DNA of 63,818 bases, filler included, from Octopus bimaculoides (GCF_001194135.2; 6 parts of 6 records of this genome joined end to end with filler, not necessarily neighbours in it); one strand, 5' to 3'; positions 1 through 11,650 are shown, counted from the first letter of the whole stretch. Translations and numbers: made by a program. Notes: generated from the sequence alone by a model not told the origin.

Positions 1-700
1 TATAGGATGGTTGTAGCTTGAATAGCTTTGATCGTAGGTCTGTTGGAGCAGGGCTGATCTGGGGTTAAACAACAACAAAAACAAAAACATCATTACCCCT
101 GTCTGAGTTTTGGTTCTCTAATTCAGTCCAGTCAGATCTTGATTAGACTGACCTACAATCAAATGTGTTCCAGCTATGACTATCCAATCCCGTTATCAGA
201 AACGATACACCTAACATTGTATCCTTCCTTCTCATGCTGTTGTTACTGCTTAGCCCCCAGGCCAGCCCTGACTGGACAGGTCTATGATCAAAAGTGCTCT
301 AGTCATGACCATTGCATCTCTTTTTCTCTTTCAAGAACGAGGGATGCTATTTCTAGCACATGGAACAACCATGTAGAGTCTCTCATGTTAGCTTAACTAT
401 AAACAGTCTGATGAAGATATCATTTACCAATTCCAGATATTTAGCAAATTCAGTTTGAATGTTAGTAAAACATACATAGAAACCCCAGACCAATGCAATT
501 CCTCCTGGGCCTTGTTAGTATTCTTCTGGCCAGTTAGATGTTTAATTATCTCAGGTTATTTGTTGTTATGAATGTTATTTATTCTGTGCACTAATTAACC
601 TCACTGCACTGTATATTTACAATGTTTATATATCCCAATTTTGACCCCCCCCCCACACTCTCTCTCTCCCTACTCAGAAACATACACATACGAGCTTCTG

Positions 701-1510
701 TACGAGTTGCATTCAAAAAGTATCCAATTATATTTTTTTCCAACCAAAGTTAATGCCAAATGAGCAAAATTCTTTGGGTGGGATGTGATGCCACCCTTCC
801 TGTGCATGTGTAAAAAATGTTGGTGCCAACAAGTCACATCAGTTCCTGGTTGTTATGCCTAGAGCATGCTCACCAGATTTTCGTTTTCACTGAACACATC
901 AAGCAGAGATACTGCATCATGTTTTGCCAAATGCTTGGGGATACTGAAGCCCAAACATGTCTTCACCTCAGTGGAGAGTGAGACATGCTCAGGCTAGGCC
1001 TTTACACAAGCTGAAACGAGGAGCCAATTGAGAAGGTTCATTGCTCATTCATGGAAGATTGTCATATAACGACCCAGGAAATTGCTCACAAAGTGGGAAT
1101 ACGCACAGGATCAATGCATTCCATTTTAATGGAGGATTTGTGCATGTCGAGAGTGTTGGTGAAATTCGTACTGAAGATGTTGATGAAGCAGCAGAAGTAG
1201 CTCTGCATGGACTGTGCAAACCATGACCCAAACTTCATTAAGACCACCATCACTGATGATAAGACATTGGTTTATGGTCTCTGCTTGATGCATTCAGTCA
1301 GCTTGCATGTAAATGGAAGGTCCGACGAGAGTGCACTACATGTCTGTATTCTAGATGTAACAGCTGGGAACTGACTTGGCCCACTGGCATGAAAATTTTC
1401 TCATATACACAGGAAGGGTGGCGTCACCTCTCACCCAGAAGATTTTGCCCATGCAGTATTAGTTTTGGCGGGAAAAAATAAAGTTGGGTACTTTTTGTAT
1501 GCACCTTGTA
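701..1510 (+). mobile_element. Internally deleted Tc1/mariner element with long (~160 bp) inverted termini and TA target duplication
   Basis: TA-cgagttgcattcaaaaag at 701 versus ctttttgtatgcaccttg-TA at 1510; arms align to about 862 and 1350. Internal decayed transposase peptides KQRYCIMFCQMLGDTEAQT, ILMEDLCMSRVLVKFV, DPNFIKTTITDDKTLVYG. Confidence 0.85.
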
Positions 1511-1831
1511 CAACCTCCCTTTAGTAAATTTACTTGTAAGGCATTGATCAGCCCAGAGCTATGGAACACACTTGCTCAAGGTACCATGCACTAGGACTGA
1601 ACCTGAAACCATGAAGTTTTGAAGTGAACTTTATAGCCACACAACCATGCCTGTGTCCTAAATATTGTAAGCATTACAGTTTCAAGATGAGTTTAATAAT
1701 CTGTAACATTATGATTTGACTTCCATTTGTGTGTTTCATTAACCTGCCATCATTGTGTTTAGAAACAAGGTTTCCATATATTATAACATGAAACATAATT
1801 TAGATGATACTCGTTAAATAAGTAAGACCCA

Positions 1832-2010
1832 GGTGTAGTTGTGTGGTTACGAAGTTTGCCTTCCAACCACATGTTTCCATGTTCAGTCCCACTGCATGAC
1901 ATCTTGAGCAAATGTTTTCTACAATAGCACCAGGCTGACCAAAGCTTTGTGAGTGGAGTTCGAGGGCAGAAGCTGAAAGAAGCCCATATATATGTGAGTG
2001 TGTGTGTGTT
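1832..2010 (+). mobile_element. tRNA-derived SINE family C (internal microsatellite), 5' half, CpG-decayed
   Basis: Matches the recurrent gctgtgtggtaagaagcttgcttcccaaccac...gaaagaagccc unit seen many times in this window. Confidence 0.75.
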
Positions 2011-2203
2011 CATTGGTTTATGTCAAACAAATGAGAGGAGAGTGCTCAATACATGTTGTAGAGGTTATGAATCTTTTAGCTGAAATTGAAAGATGACATT
2101 TTGTCATAGTTTGTCAGTTTCTTGCCTGAAGACCACAATGATGTGAAACATGAGTTGCAGGAGAGACTGCCAATTTTATTTCCAATGAAAAAAGCTTTAT
2201 ATG

Positions 2204-2242
<39 letters not shown>

Positions 2243-2535
2243 GAGAGGGAGAGAGTATATGTTTGTGTTTCCTTGTCTTGACATTGTATGATTGTTGTAG
2301 ATTTGTGTCACTGTCATTCAAGCAGTGTCATTCCTTTCCAATATTTTTGTGAAAAACGTGTCTGGTCACAGGGAAATATTACCTTGCTTGGAATGATGAT
2401 GATGATGATGCCAGTGGTGTTGGCAGCAATGGTGACAGTGTTGTGGTTGTTGTTGTCATGATTGGTTTATGAGGTTTTTAAAGATCTTTCTGAAAATTTA
2501 AGTGAAAAGTATATTTCTATTTATGTGTTTTACAG

Positions 2536-2608
2536 TAAACTGGATCCCTCCGCTCTTGAAATCCCAGAGACTAGAGCTGCCAATTTAGAAGTCACTCACG
2601 TCCATCAG
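2536..2608 (+). CDS. ALKBH8: ALKBH8-like exon (linker into methyltransferase domain), phase 2 to 0
   Basis: tttacag|T AAA CTG...CAT CAG|gtaacc. Encodes KLDPSALEIPETRAANLEVTHVHQ, matching the A..LE..(Y/H)VHQ motif preceding VY..IA in ALKBH8/Trm9. Upstream exons were not found in the window. Confidence 0.8.
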
Positions 2609-4060
2609 GTAACCAATCAAACAATATTTTTTTCTTTTACAACAGATGTAGAACAAGGGGTACCTGCATAAAGCCAGGGATCAGCCACCCCTATTTGTAA
2701 TCGCACATTTTTGATATTTTTACATTTACCCTTTGCCCATATGTCTATTGTATCATACCTCACATATAAAAATATCCTCATGTATCCCCCCCTCCATTTC
2801 TTTTACTAGCAGAGTTCATCCTCATCATCTTCATTATCCTCATCTAGCATCTACTTCTCCAAGCCTGTATGGGTCAGATGGAATTTGTTGAGGTGGATTT
2901 TTTACAACCTGATGCCCTTCCTGTCACCATCCCCACCTCACCTGTTCCCAAGCAAGGTAATATTTACCCCATGGCCAAGCATGTTTTTCACTGATGATTG
3001 GAAATGAACAACATTGCTTGTATCCTGGTGATATTCACTTTACAAACGTCATCTAATGCCAAGGCAAGGGTATACACACACACACACACATAAATAAATA
3101 CATACATCTGGATGCCTTTCCTATCACCAACCCTCATCTGTTTCCAAACAAGGTTATATTTCCCCATGGCCAGACTTGCTTTTCATGGAACATTGGAAAT
3201 GAACATCTTCACTTGTATGACTGCAGATTGTTTACAACTATCATGTGGTAGGAAGACAAGGGTACACACAAATACATCTGTGTGTGTGTGTACACACACA
3301 TCATGGACTTTCAGTTTCTGTCTACCAAATCTACTCGCGAGTCTTTGGTCAGCTCAAGTTTATAGTAGAAGACATTTGCCCAAGGTGGCATGCAAAGGAA
3401 CTCAATCACACATCTATGTCCATGTTTATGAAAGCATAAATTAAACAAATCTAAAAGTCATTAACTGCTCAATGACTCACAAATACCTTGTATTAGTAAA
3501 ATTTTTACAAACCTGTCTGAGGCTTGTAGAGAGCTGTAGTCCACCAGTTGATGTCATCTGCTTCAAGCTCTTCTGACTTATACCATTGAGTATTATCAGG
3601 GGAACATCTATGAAATCACTTGACTGCTATTGAGGAACAGTGGCAATCTCACTTGTATCAATGATATGAAAAAAGCACCCAGTACACATTGTAAAGTGGT
3701 TGGCATTAGGAAGGGAATCCATCTGTAGAAGCCATGCCAAAGGTGACATGGTTCATGATGCAGCCTTGTTGCTCACCGGATCCAGTCAAACTGTCTAACC
3801 CATGCAAGCATGGATGACAGATGTTAAATGATGATGATTTTATATCCCAGTCAAATATGTAGAATCTGGTGGAGCTAGGGATGGTCTGTGTTGGTAAAAG
3901 GTTTGTGATGTAGAATGAATTTTGTTGTGAAGGAGAGAAGTCTAACATTTTGGTTAGGATCCCTTTGTGCTGAAACAAGTTCCTCTCTTACTGATGACTG
4001 CTTCTACTTTAAATTTCTTCTTGCCATTTCAGTAAAACTATTTACATGACTTTAAACAAT

Positions 4061-4209
4061 GTTTTGTACATGCTATATCGATGTAGTACTGTATTTGTAT
4101 GTCCCAATATGGGGCACTGTATCAACTAAGTACTGTATCAGTATGGTCCACTATGGGTTACTAAATCGATTATAATACACTATCAGTAAAATCTAGTATG
4201 AGGTGCTAT

Positions 4210-4244
<35 letters not shown>

Positions 4245-5040
4245 ATGTCTATATTCCATGTTAGCATGGGTTGCATGATCCAACAAGATTTAATGAGACA
4301 GAGGGCTGTGATGGGCTCCATTGTCTGCTTTGGTATGGTTTCTGCGACCCGGATGCTCTTCCTAATGCCAGCCACTTTACAAAGTGTACTGGCTATTCTT
4401 TTCATGGCACCAGCACTAGTGAGGTCGCAAAGAAACTTGCAAGACAAGACCCCTTGGCAGAATGGGGGTGGTGGTGCAGTATTGAAGGAGGTGGTTTTGT
4501 GCCAGGTGTTGAGAGGCTAAATTATGATAGAAGGTCAGGAACAGATATCTTGCTGTTGAGGAGCTATATGGCTACCCCAGCAGGGAAAGGAGAAAGGATG
4601 GTGAAGAAGAGGTGTCAGGGCATGTTCTCAAGGTACAAGAAGGTGGATAAAGAGAGAATTGGGACAAAGAACCCAATCCAGGATAGCTGGGTGGGTTGGT
4701 AGGTTTGTGCAAGTGTGAAAGGAGAGTGATAGGCAGTAGAGATGAGAACAGGACTGACTTCAGTGTTTGTGAATATGGATGGAGATATTGATAATGACTC
4801 ATCCACATTCACCATTCTCTGCTTTCACTTCTATCAATATAGTACTGTACCACTATGGTCCAGTATGAGATGCTATATTAATAAAATACTGTATTAGTAG
4901 TAAGTATAGTACTGCATTACGATATGGAACTATACCAATATGGACCAATATTGGATACTATATCAATATAGTGCTGTATTAGTAGCATATGTAGTTCTAT
5001 ATTATGGTAAATTTCTATATCAGTATAGTCTAGTATGGGG
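4061..5040. repeat. Degenerate TAGTACTGTAT-type minisatellite (4061-4210, 4831-5040) interrupted by a minus-strand RTE-tail-like insert
   Basis: Repeated tagtactgtat/tatggtcca/ctatatcaatatag motifs on both flanks. The insert begins with (CAT)n and the ccatgttagcatgggttg...gatgctcttcctaatgcc RTE 3' motif. Confidence 0.6.
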
Positions 5041-5188
5041 ATAAGTTTACCTTGATAAAAAAACAAAAAAATTTTTTTCTTTTTGGTTAATATTCTTCTT
5101 GTCTGTTGATAATTTAGTTTTGATTTTTATTTTTGGTTTCATATTGATTAAGGCGGTGAATTCTCTTTTGTTATATTCCTCACTTAAG

Positions 5189-5344
5189 GTCTACAATGAA
5201 ATTGCCGATCACTTCAGTCACACAAGACACTCTCCTTGGCCCAAAGTGAAAGAATTCCTACAATCACTCCAAGATGGTGCTTTAGTGGCTGACATAGGCT
5301 GTGGAAATGGCAAATACTTTGGTGTCAATCCTTCAATTTATCAG
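5189..5344 (+). CDS. ALKBH8: ALKBH8-like exon, SAM-binding motif I
   Basis: cacttaag|GTC...TAT CAG|gtatgt, 156 nt, phase 0/0. Encodes [52 protein letters not shown] (DIGCGNGKY motif). Confidence 0.92.
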
Positions 5345-5629
5345 GTATGTCACACTGTACCATTTCTGTTAAGGTCGGTATTGTTGTTTATACAGGGGCA
5401 CAGCTAGAGTGTGCTGCCTGAGGCAGCCTTTGAGTTTGCTGCAGGGTCCCACCAAGCCTATGTAAGTTTATTCAGTAGACCCAAAAGTGCCACATCCATA
5501 AAAGCATTGCACAGGGTGGACTTCTCCCTCAAACCATCCCCAGCTACACTACAGTGTTTATATTTCAGCAATACAAACACATATACACAAACACACACAT
5601 TGGGTACTGAGCTAAAAGAATTTTTAACA

Positions 5630-5792
5630 TGCCAGGCAAAATGCTTAATGGTCTTTCATTTATCTTTGTGTTCTGAGTTCAAGTTCTGTTGAGGTCGACT
5701 TTGCTTTTCATCCTTTCGAGGATGATAAAATAAGTACCAGTCAAGTACTGGGGTTGATGTAATCGATTTAACCACTCCCCCAAAATTGTTGG
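5630..5792 (+). mobile_element. tRNA-derived SINE family D
   Basis: Core gttcaagttctgttgaggtcgactttgcttttcatcctttcgaggatgataaaataagtaccag, shared with other copies in the window. Confidence 0.75.
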
Positions 5793-5921
5793 NNNNNNNN
5801 NNNNNNNNNNNNNNNNNNNNNNNNNNNNNNNNNNNNNNNNNNNNNNNNNNNNNNNNNNNNNNNNNNNNNNNNNNNNNNNNNNNNNNNNNNNNNNNNNNNN
5901 NNNNNNNNNNNNNNNNNNNNN

Positions 5922-5961
<40 letters not shown>

Positions 5962-5964
5962 CTG

Positions 5965-6331
5965 AATAAAATAAAATCAACAAGAAGGAGTACGGTTAGA
6001 CAGCTATTTAAACATGTTTCAATTTAAAGTAAGCAATGGTTTACCTGTATAATGGGATCCAGTTGTATCTTCTCAGGTGATATACAATTGCTGCCCTCAT
6101 TAGTAAACTTTTGACTTCGATGAGTGTAGCTGTTAGCATCAAAGTCAAAGGTTTACTAACAGGGCAACAACTATATATCACCTGAGGATATACAACTGGA
6201 TCCCATTATACAGGTAAACTGTTGCTTACTTTAAATCTTGTGTATATGTAGATCTATGTTGTATCGAAACATGTGTAGTGTTTATTAAATAGCTGTCTAA
6301 CCGTACTCCTTCTTGTTGACTCTATTTTATT
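5965..6331. mobile_element. Fold-back (palindromic) MITE-like element in ALKBH8 intron
   Basis: aatcaacaagaaggagtacggttagacagctattt pairs with aaatagctgtctaaccgtactccttcttgttga; inner arm tttaaagtaagcaa...ttgacttcgatg pairs with catcaaagtcaa...ttgcttactttaaa; loop about 14 nt. Confidence 0.85.
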
Positions 6332-6537
6332 AAATTTTATTTTCACATATGATGAATACCTAATCCTAGACTTGGAAGTATACTGTTATACTACCGGCTA
6401 TTTGGTAATTCTGAGGGTGAATGTTACTCGGAGTTTCACGTTCCCGTTCACTCCGAGTAACAGTCTTTTGTTATATTTCTGCTGCTTTTAAATAATTTAT
6501 ACTCTGCTACGTTCCTAATGGAATACACCTTAAATTA

Positions 6538-6696
6538 TCATCATCATCATCATCATCGTTTAACGCCCGCTTTCCATGCTAGCATGGGTTGGACGATTTG
6601 ATTGAGGACTGGTGAAACCGGATGGCAACACCAGGCTCCAATCTAATTTGGCAGAGTTTCTACAGCTGGATGCCCTTCCTAACGCCAACCACTCAG

Positions 6697-6698
<2 letters not shown>
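6538..6698 (-). mobile_element. RTE-clade LINE 3' end with (ATG)n tail
   Basis: (cat)n cgtttaacgcccgctttccatgctagcatgggttgg...gatgcccttcctaacgccaaccactc, the reverse of the tail at 7840-7970. Confidence 0.8.
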
Positions 6699-6728
<30 letters not shown>

Positions 6729-7357
6729 NNNNNNNNNNNNNNNNNNNNNNNNNNNNNNNNNNNNNNNNNNNNNNNNNNNNNNNNNNNNNNNNNNNNNNNN
6801 NNNNNNNNNNNNNNNNNNNNNNNNNNNNNNNNNNNNNNNNNNNNNNNNNNNNNNNNNNNNNNNNNNNNNNNNNNNNNNNNNNNNNNNNNNNNNNNNNNNN
6901 NNNNNNNNNNNNNNNNNNNNNNNNNNNNNNNNNNNNNNNNNNNNNNNNNNNNNNNNNNNNNNNNNNNNNNNNNNNNNNNNNNNNNNNNNNNNNNNNNNNN
7001 NNNNNNNNNNNNNNNNNNNNNNNNNNNNNNNNNNNNNNNNNNNNNNNNNNNNNNNNNNNNNNNNNNNNNNNNNNNNNNNNNNNNNNNNNNNNNNNNNNNN
7101 NNNNNNNNNNNNNNNNNNNNNNNNNNNNNNNNNNNNNNNNNNNNNNNNNNNNNNNNNNNNNNNNNNNNNNNNNNNNNNNNNNNNNNNNNNNNNNNNNNNN
7201 NNNNNNNNNNNNNNNNNNNNNNNNNNNNNNNNNNNNCAGCTTTTTTGCTGAGTGGCCTGCACAAATGATTTATGTGTGTGAAAGATGCATAGGTACAATA
7301 AGCACTGGAAATCTACAAAAAATAGACTCCATTAACTACTAGTGGGGTAGGCTTTGG

Positions 7358-7972
7358 TAGTAGATAGCTTCTGTTCTCTAGGTGACCAAGTTAGTAGTGG
7401 AGGCAGATGCTCCGAGAGTGTAGCTGTGAGAATAAGAATAGGCTGGGTAAAGTTCTGAGAATCCTACCTCTACTGGCAAAACAGGGCCTCTCTCTCAGAG
7501 TGAAAGGCAGATTGTATGATGCCTGTGTGCAAACAGTTATGCTACATGGCAGTGAAACATGTACTGTGAAAGCTGAGGACATGCATAGGTTTGAAAGAAA
7601 TGAAGCTAGAGTGCTTCACTGGATGTGAATGGAGGCAAATGGCCGATGCTGGTGGCACATGAAAAGCTCCTTTCGAGTGTTGGGCCTCACGGAGGCAATA
7701 ACAAATGATCGACACCTTTGGCGTCATGTTGTGCATGAAAAGAAGATCATCAAGCCAAGTAAAATTGCAGTTGTGACAGATATTGGTGTCACACAAATGG
7801 CACCCATGCCAGTGGAATGTAAAAGCACCCATTACACTCGCAGAGTGGTTGGCATCCAGCTGTAGAAACCATGCCAAATCAGACTGGAGTCTGGTGCAGC
7901 CTTTCAGCTTACCAGCCCCGGTCAAACCATCCAACCCATGCCAGCATGGATAACGGACATTAAATGATGATC
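7358..7972 (+). mobile_element. 5'-truncated RTE-clade LINE (RT C-terminus plus 3' UTR), frameshifted
   Basis: VDSFCSLGDQVSSGG..SVAVRIRIGWVKF and LSLRVKGRLYDACVQTVMLHGSET; tail ends taaatgatgat. Confidence 0.85.
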
Positions 7973-8184
7973 AAAAGTTTGTGCTGCACATTAGCTCACC
8001 CTCTCCATTAAATTAATGTTACCTGAACAGGTGCACTGTGTGCCATGCATCAGGTGTCGAAGTGATTGCAGAGGAACATGAGATGACGTCTTTTGCTCAA
8101 GAGCACAACACACCACCTGGTCTGGGAATTGAAACTACGGTCATGTAATTCTGACTGCAACACTATAACCACTGGGCCATGCGT

Positions 8185-8186
<2 letters not shown>

Positions 8187-8252
<66 letters not shown>
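8187..8252. repeat. (TA)n microsatellite
   Basis: Direct reading. Confidence 0.95.
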
Positions 8253-8254
<2 letters not shown>

Positions 8255-8420
8255 TGCAGATGTGGCTGTGTGGTTAAAGAGGATGCTTTTGAACCACATG
8301 TTTTGGGGTTCAGTCCTGCTGCATGGTACTTTGGGCAAGTGTCTTCTACAATAGGCATAGGCCAACCAATGCCTTGTGAGTAGATTTTGTAGACAGAGAA
8401 CGAGAAAGCTCATCGTATAT
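8253..8420 (+). mobile_element. SINE family C, 5' half
   Basis: aggtgcagatgtggctgtgtggttaaaga...ttgggcaagtgtcttctac...gccttgtgagtagattttgtagac. Confidence 0.75.
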
Positions 8421-8476
8421 GTGTATATATACACACACACACACACACTCTCTTTCTCTCTCTTTCNNNNNNNNNN

Positions 8477-8557
<81 letters not shown>

Positions 8558-9249
8558 ACATTTGTGTTTTTCTGAAAATCACAAGCTATGATTGGTGATG
8601 TTATTTCTCCTGCCTACCAATCATCTGTTCACATCACACCTCCAGAGACATGTGGAATAAGAACTCTAAAACCAATGCTTCAAAACCAATACCTGTTTGC
8701 CAAAGTTGACGAAGTGAGCAAGGAATCAACAGCCATCCATCAGACATACAGATGGAGTGGGGCTCAATTAAGGCTTTTTGGGTTTGGCAATACTGACGCT
8801 CTTGGCAACCCCTGCACCTGTTTGTGTCCCTCAGTGTACTGGCCTTGCCTCATTTCCTCTGGCCCTGGGAAATCTGGGTGAGAGAAGGGCTTGATAAGTC
8901 TGAAGGATCACTAAGTGTAGCTTAAATTTATCTGAAATAACAGAAAATGTGAAATTAATTTAGTCTGTTGTTATTGCTCTTGTTGTCCATCAACTCTGAT
9001 TAATTAGTTGAGTGACTTGACAGGATCCATGGATCTTGTACTCTGGATGACTGTGGTGGTGATGACGGTGGATAAAATGATGGACTTATTGTTTGTGGTG
9101 GTGGTGGTGATGATGATGGTGATGTAGATGATGATGATGATAATGATGGTGCACCAGTACCCTGATGATGATGATGAAGATGGTGATGATGTATTGTTTT
9201 TTAAAATTTCCTTTAAATAATATATTGTTTTTATTACTTATTTTTGTAG

Positions 9250-9399
9250 ATTGGTTCAGATCGTAGTGAAAACCTAATAAATATATGTAAAGAGCGGAAT
9301 TTTGAGGTGTTTGTGGGTGATGTGATGGCAATTCCTCTCAGATCGAACACCTTTGATGCCTGCATCTGTATTGCAGTCATTCATCATCTGTCCACAAAA
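9250..9399 (+). CDS. ALKBH8: ALKBH8-like exon, methyltransferase motifs II-IV
   Basis: tttttgtag|ATT GGT TCA GAT CGT...ACA AAA|gtaagt, 150 nt, phase 0/0. Encodes IGSDRSENLINICKERNFEVFVGDVMAIPLRSNTFDACICIAVIHHLSTK. Confidence 0.92.
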
Positions 9400-9470
9400 G
9401 TAAGTAGATTTCATTTGATTAAACTAAATTGTTTAACCATTTATCATTTAAACAGGCTATATCCGGCCAA

Positions 9471-9857
9471 GGTGGAGGCGCAATGGCCCAGTGGTTAGGG
9501 CAGCGGACTTGCGGTCATAAGATCACGGTTTCAATTCCCAGACCGGGCATTGTGAGTGTTTATTGAGCGAAAACACCTAAAAGCTCCACAAGACTCCGGC
9601 AGGGGATGGTGGCGAACCCTGCTGTACACTTTCACCACAACTTTCTCTCACTCTTTCTTCCTGTTTCTGTTGTGCCTGTATTTCAAAGGGTCAGCCTTGT
9701 CACACTGTGTCACGCTGAATATCCCCGAGAACTACGTTAAGGGTACACGTGTCTGTGGAGTGCTCAGCCACTTGCACGTTAATTTCACGAGCAGGCTGTT
9801 CCGTTGATCAGATCAACTGGAACCCTCGACGTCGTAAGCGACGGAGTGCCAACAACA
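9471..9857 (+). mobile_element. Full-length tRNA-derived SINE family A with 12-bp target-site duplication
   Basis: Head ggcgcaatggcccagtggttagggcagcggac (A box) ... ggtttcaattccc (B box); tail gtcgtaagcgacggagtgccaacaaca; TSD ATATCCGGCCAA at 9459-9470 and 9858-9869. Confidence 0.9.
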
Positions 9858-10029
9858 ATATCCGGCCAAAATATTCTACCTGTTTTATACTCCAACCAAC
9901 CAGATCAGCCTCTCACATCTACCCTATAATGTAATTCTAAAAAATAAACAGTTTCATCATCAAAATCTTAAGCTATAAGATAATGCTTAATTAATTCAAA
10001 ATGAACCTTTCTAATATAGGCACAATGCC

Positions 10030-10215
10030 TGAAATTTATGGGATGGAGATAGTCAATTACATCAATCCCAGTACTCAACGGATACTTATTTTATTGACCC
10101 CTGAAGGATGAAAGGCAAAGTTGACCCCAGCAGCATTTGAATTCAGAATGTGAAAACAGATGAAATACTGTTAAGCATTTCTTTGGGCGTGCTAACGATT
10201 CTGCCAGCTTGCCTA
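10030..10215 (-). mobile_element. SINE family D
   Basis: Reverse complement of the family D core (gatgaaaggcaaagttgacc...gctaacgattctgccagct). Confidence 0.75.
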
Positions 10216-10920
10216 ATTAATTCAAAATAATGTGAATAAATAAGCATTACATTTGACAGACCCCAAGACAAGACAAAAAAATTTTTATAGAGAATACCAC
10301 CTCCGTGTTTCATTAGACTACCCCTAATCCACCCCTCAACATCTGTTCTTCATTCATTATATTCACACACATGCCTCACTCACCTCATCATCACTATTTT
10401 TATCTCTTCCCTACTCAACCTTGATCACCTTCTCTTCTAAAATGTGAGTAGTCATGTTAGTCTACTGCAAGAAACCTTTTCTGTTCTGGCCCCTTCTCTT
10501 ATACTTTTAATCTTCATCTCCTAGCATAAAGCTGCTCCCCTTGACGTTCATAGTCTTGCAGGCTGCCTTATGTTGTCACATGAAAAAAAAAAGCATCCAG
10601 TACATGCTGTAAAGTGGTTGGCATTAGAAAAGGCATCTATACCAAAGTAAACAGTAAAGCATGATGCAGTTCTTGGGGGCCATTGGGTCCTGTTAACTGT
10701 CCAACTCATGCTAACATGGAACATGGACATTAAATAATAACGATGACAGTGATGATGACAATAACGACAGTAGTGGTGATGATGATGACAATGATTGTGT
10801 TATTCATGCTGCTTGCTTCAACCAGTGAAGGGGCTTCTGCATAGTTGCAAAATAAATTCAAACAAAGGCAGTGTATTGTAACAAAAGGGGTTAAACAACC
10901 TTTTGACAACGACGACGATG

Positions 10921-10960
<40 letters not shown>

Positions 10961-10980
10961 TCATTATTATTATTATTATT
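10921..10980. repeat. (TAC)n/(TAT)n microsatellite just upstream of the last ALKBH8 acceptor
   Basis: Direct reading. Confidence 0.9.
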
Positions 10981-10994
10981 TGTTTTTCTTTCAG

Positions 10995-11570
10995 CAACGT
11001 CGTCTTCAGGCTGTGAAAGAGCTGGTCAGGCTGCTCTGTCCCGGAGGCAAGGCTCTAATCCAAGTGTGGGCAATGGAACAAGAGGTAGACAACCAAGAAT
11101 CTAAGTACATTCGGAAGAAGTCAAAACCAAGCCGAAAGGACAATCCGTCCGTATTACTCAATGTCAACAATACCTCACAATTTGACAGCGACCTTCCAGA
11201 AATAGCTGACATCAAACTCCAAGAAGACATTGGTAACACCAAACCAAACCGGCCCCCAACAAATAGTAAAACTGCCAATTCTGATAACGTTGAATCTGCT
11301 GAAGAACCTTTAAAACTTGCTGTGCATGTCAATCGTACCAGCTTCAAACAACAAGATCTTTTGTTGCCCTGGACAAAGAAAGTGAAGAAAACTTCAACCA
11401 AAGCTGATAGTTGCAATGATAATAGTGTTCTTTACCGATATTACCATGTTTTCCAAGATGGCGAACTGGTTGACCTGTGCCAGAATATCGATAATGTGGA
11501 CATATTGCAGTATTATTATGATGAAGGCAACTGGTGTGTTGTTTTAAAGAAGTTACTCTTGTCGACATAA
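10995..11570 (+). CDS. ALKBH8: ALKBH8-like terminal coding exon
   Basis: tttttctttcag|CAA CGT CGT...TAA. Contains RRLQAVKELVRLLCPGGKALIQVWAMEQ, VHVNRTSFKQQDLLLPW and YRYYHVFQDGEL...YYDEGNWCVVL. The VHVNRTSF block favours ALKBH8 over TRMT9B. Confidence 0.9.
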   Translation, partial: QRRLQAVKELVRLLCPGGKALIQVWAMEQEVDNQESKYIRKKSKPSRKDNPSVLLNVNNTSQFDSDLPEIADIKLQEDIGNTKPNRPPTNSKTANSDNVESAEEPLKLAVHVNRTSFKQQDLLLPWTKKVKKTSTKADSCNDNSVLYRYYHVFQDGELVDLCQNIDNVDILQYYYDEGNWCVVLKKLLLST

Positions 11571-11644
11571 GCGCTATGGTGATATCATTTTCTTAACCCG
11601 TGTCATTAAACATGCCATCATTATGAAATCATTCAGCATATATG

Positions 11645-11650
11645 AATAAA
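11645..11650 (+). terminator. Candidate polyadenylation signal of ALKBH8-like gene
   Basis: AATAAA about 75 nt after the stop codon, followed by GT/T-rich sequence; ATTAAA at 11605-11610 is an alternative. Confidence 0.5.

Noticed and set aside
4271-4702. 143-aa + strand ORF
   Set aside because: It lies inside a minus-strand RTE-tail-like insert and shows no recognisable domain or splice context.
9475-9545. tRNA-like heads of SINE families A-D
   Set aside because: They have A/B boxes but no complete cloverleaf, and each continues into a SINE body. They are not tRNA genes.
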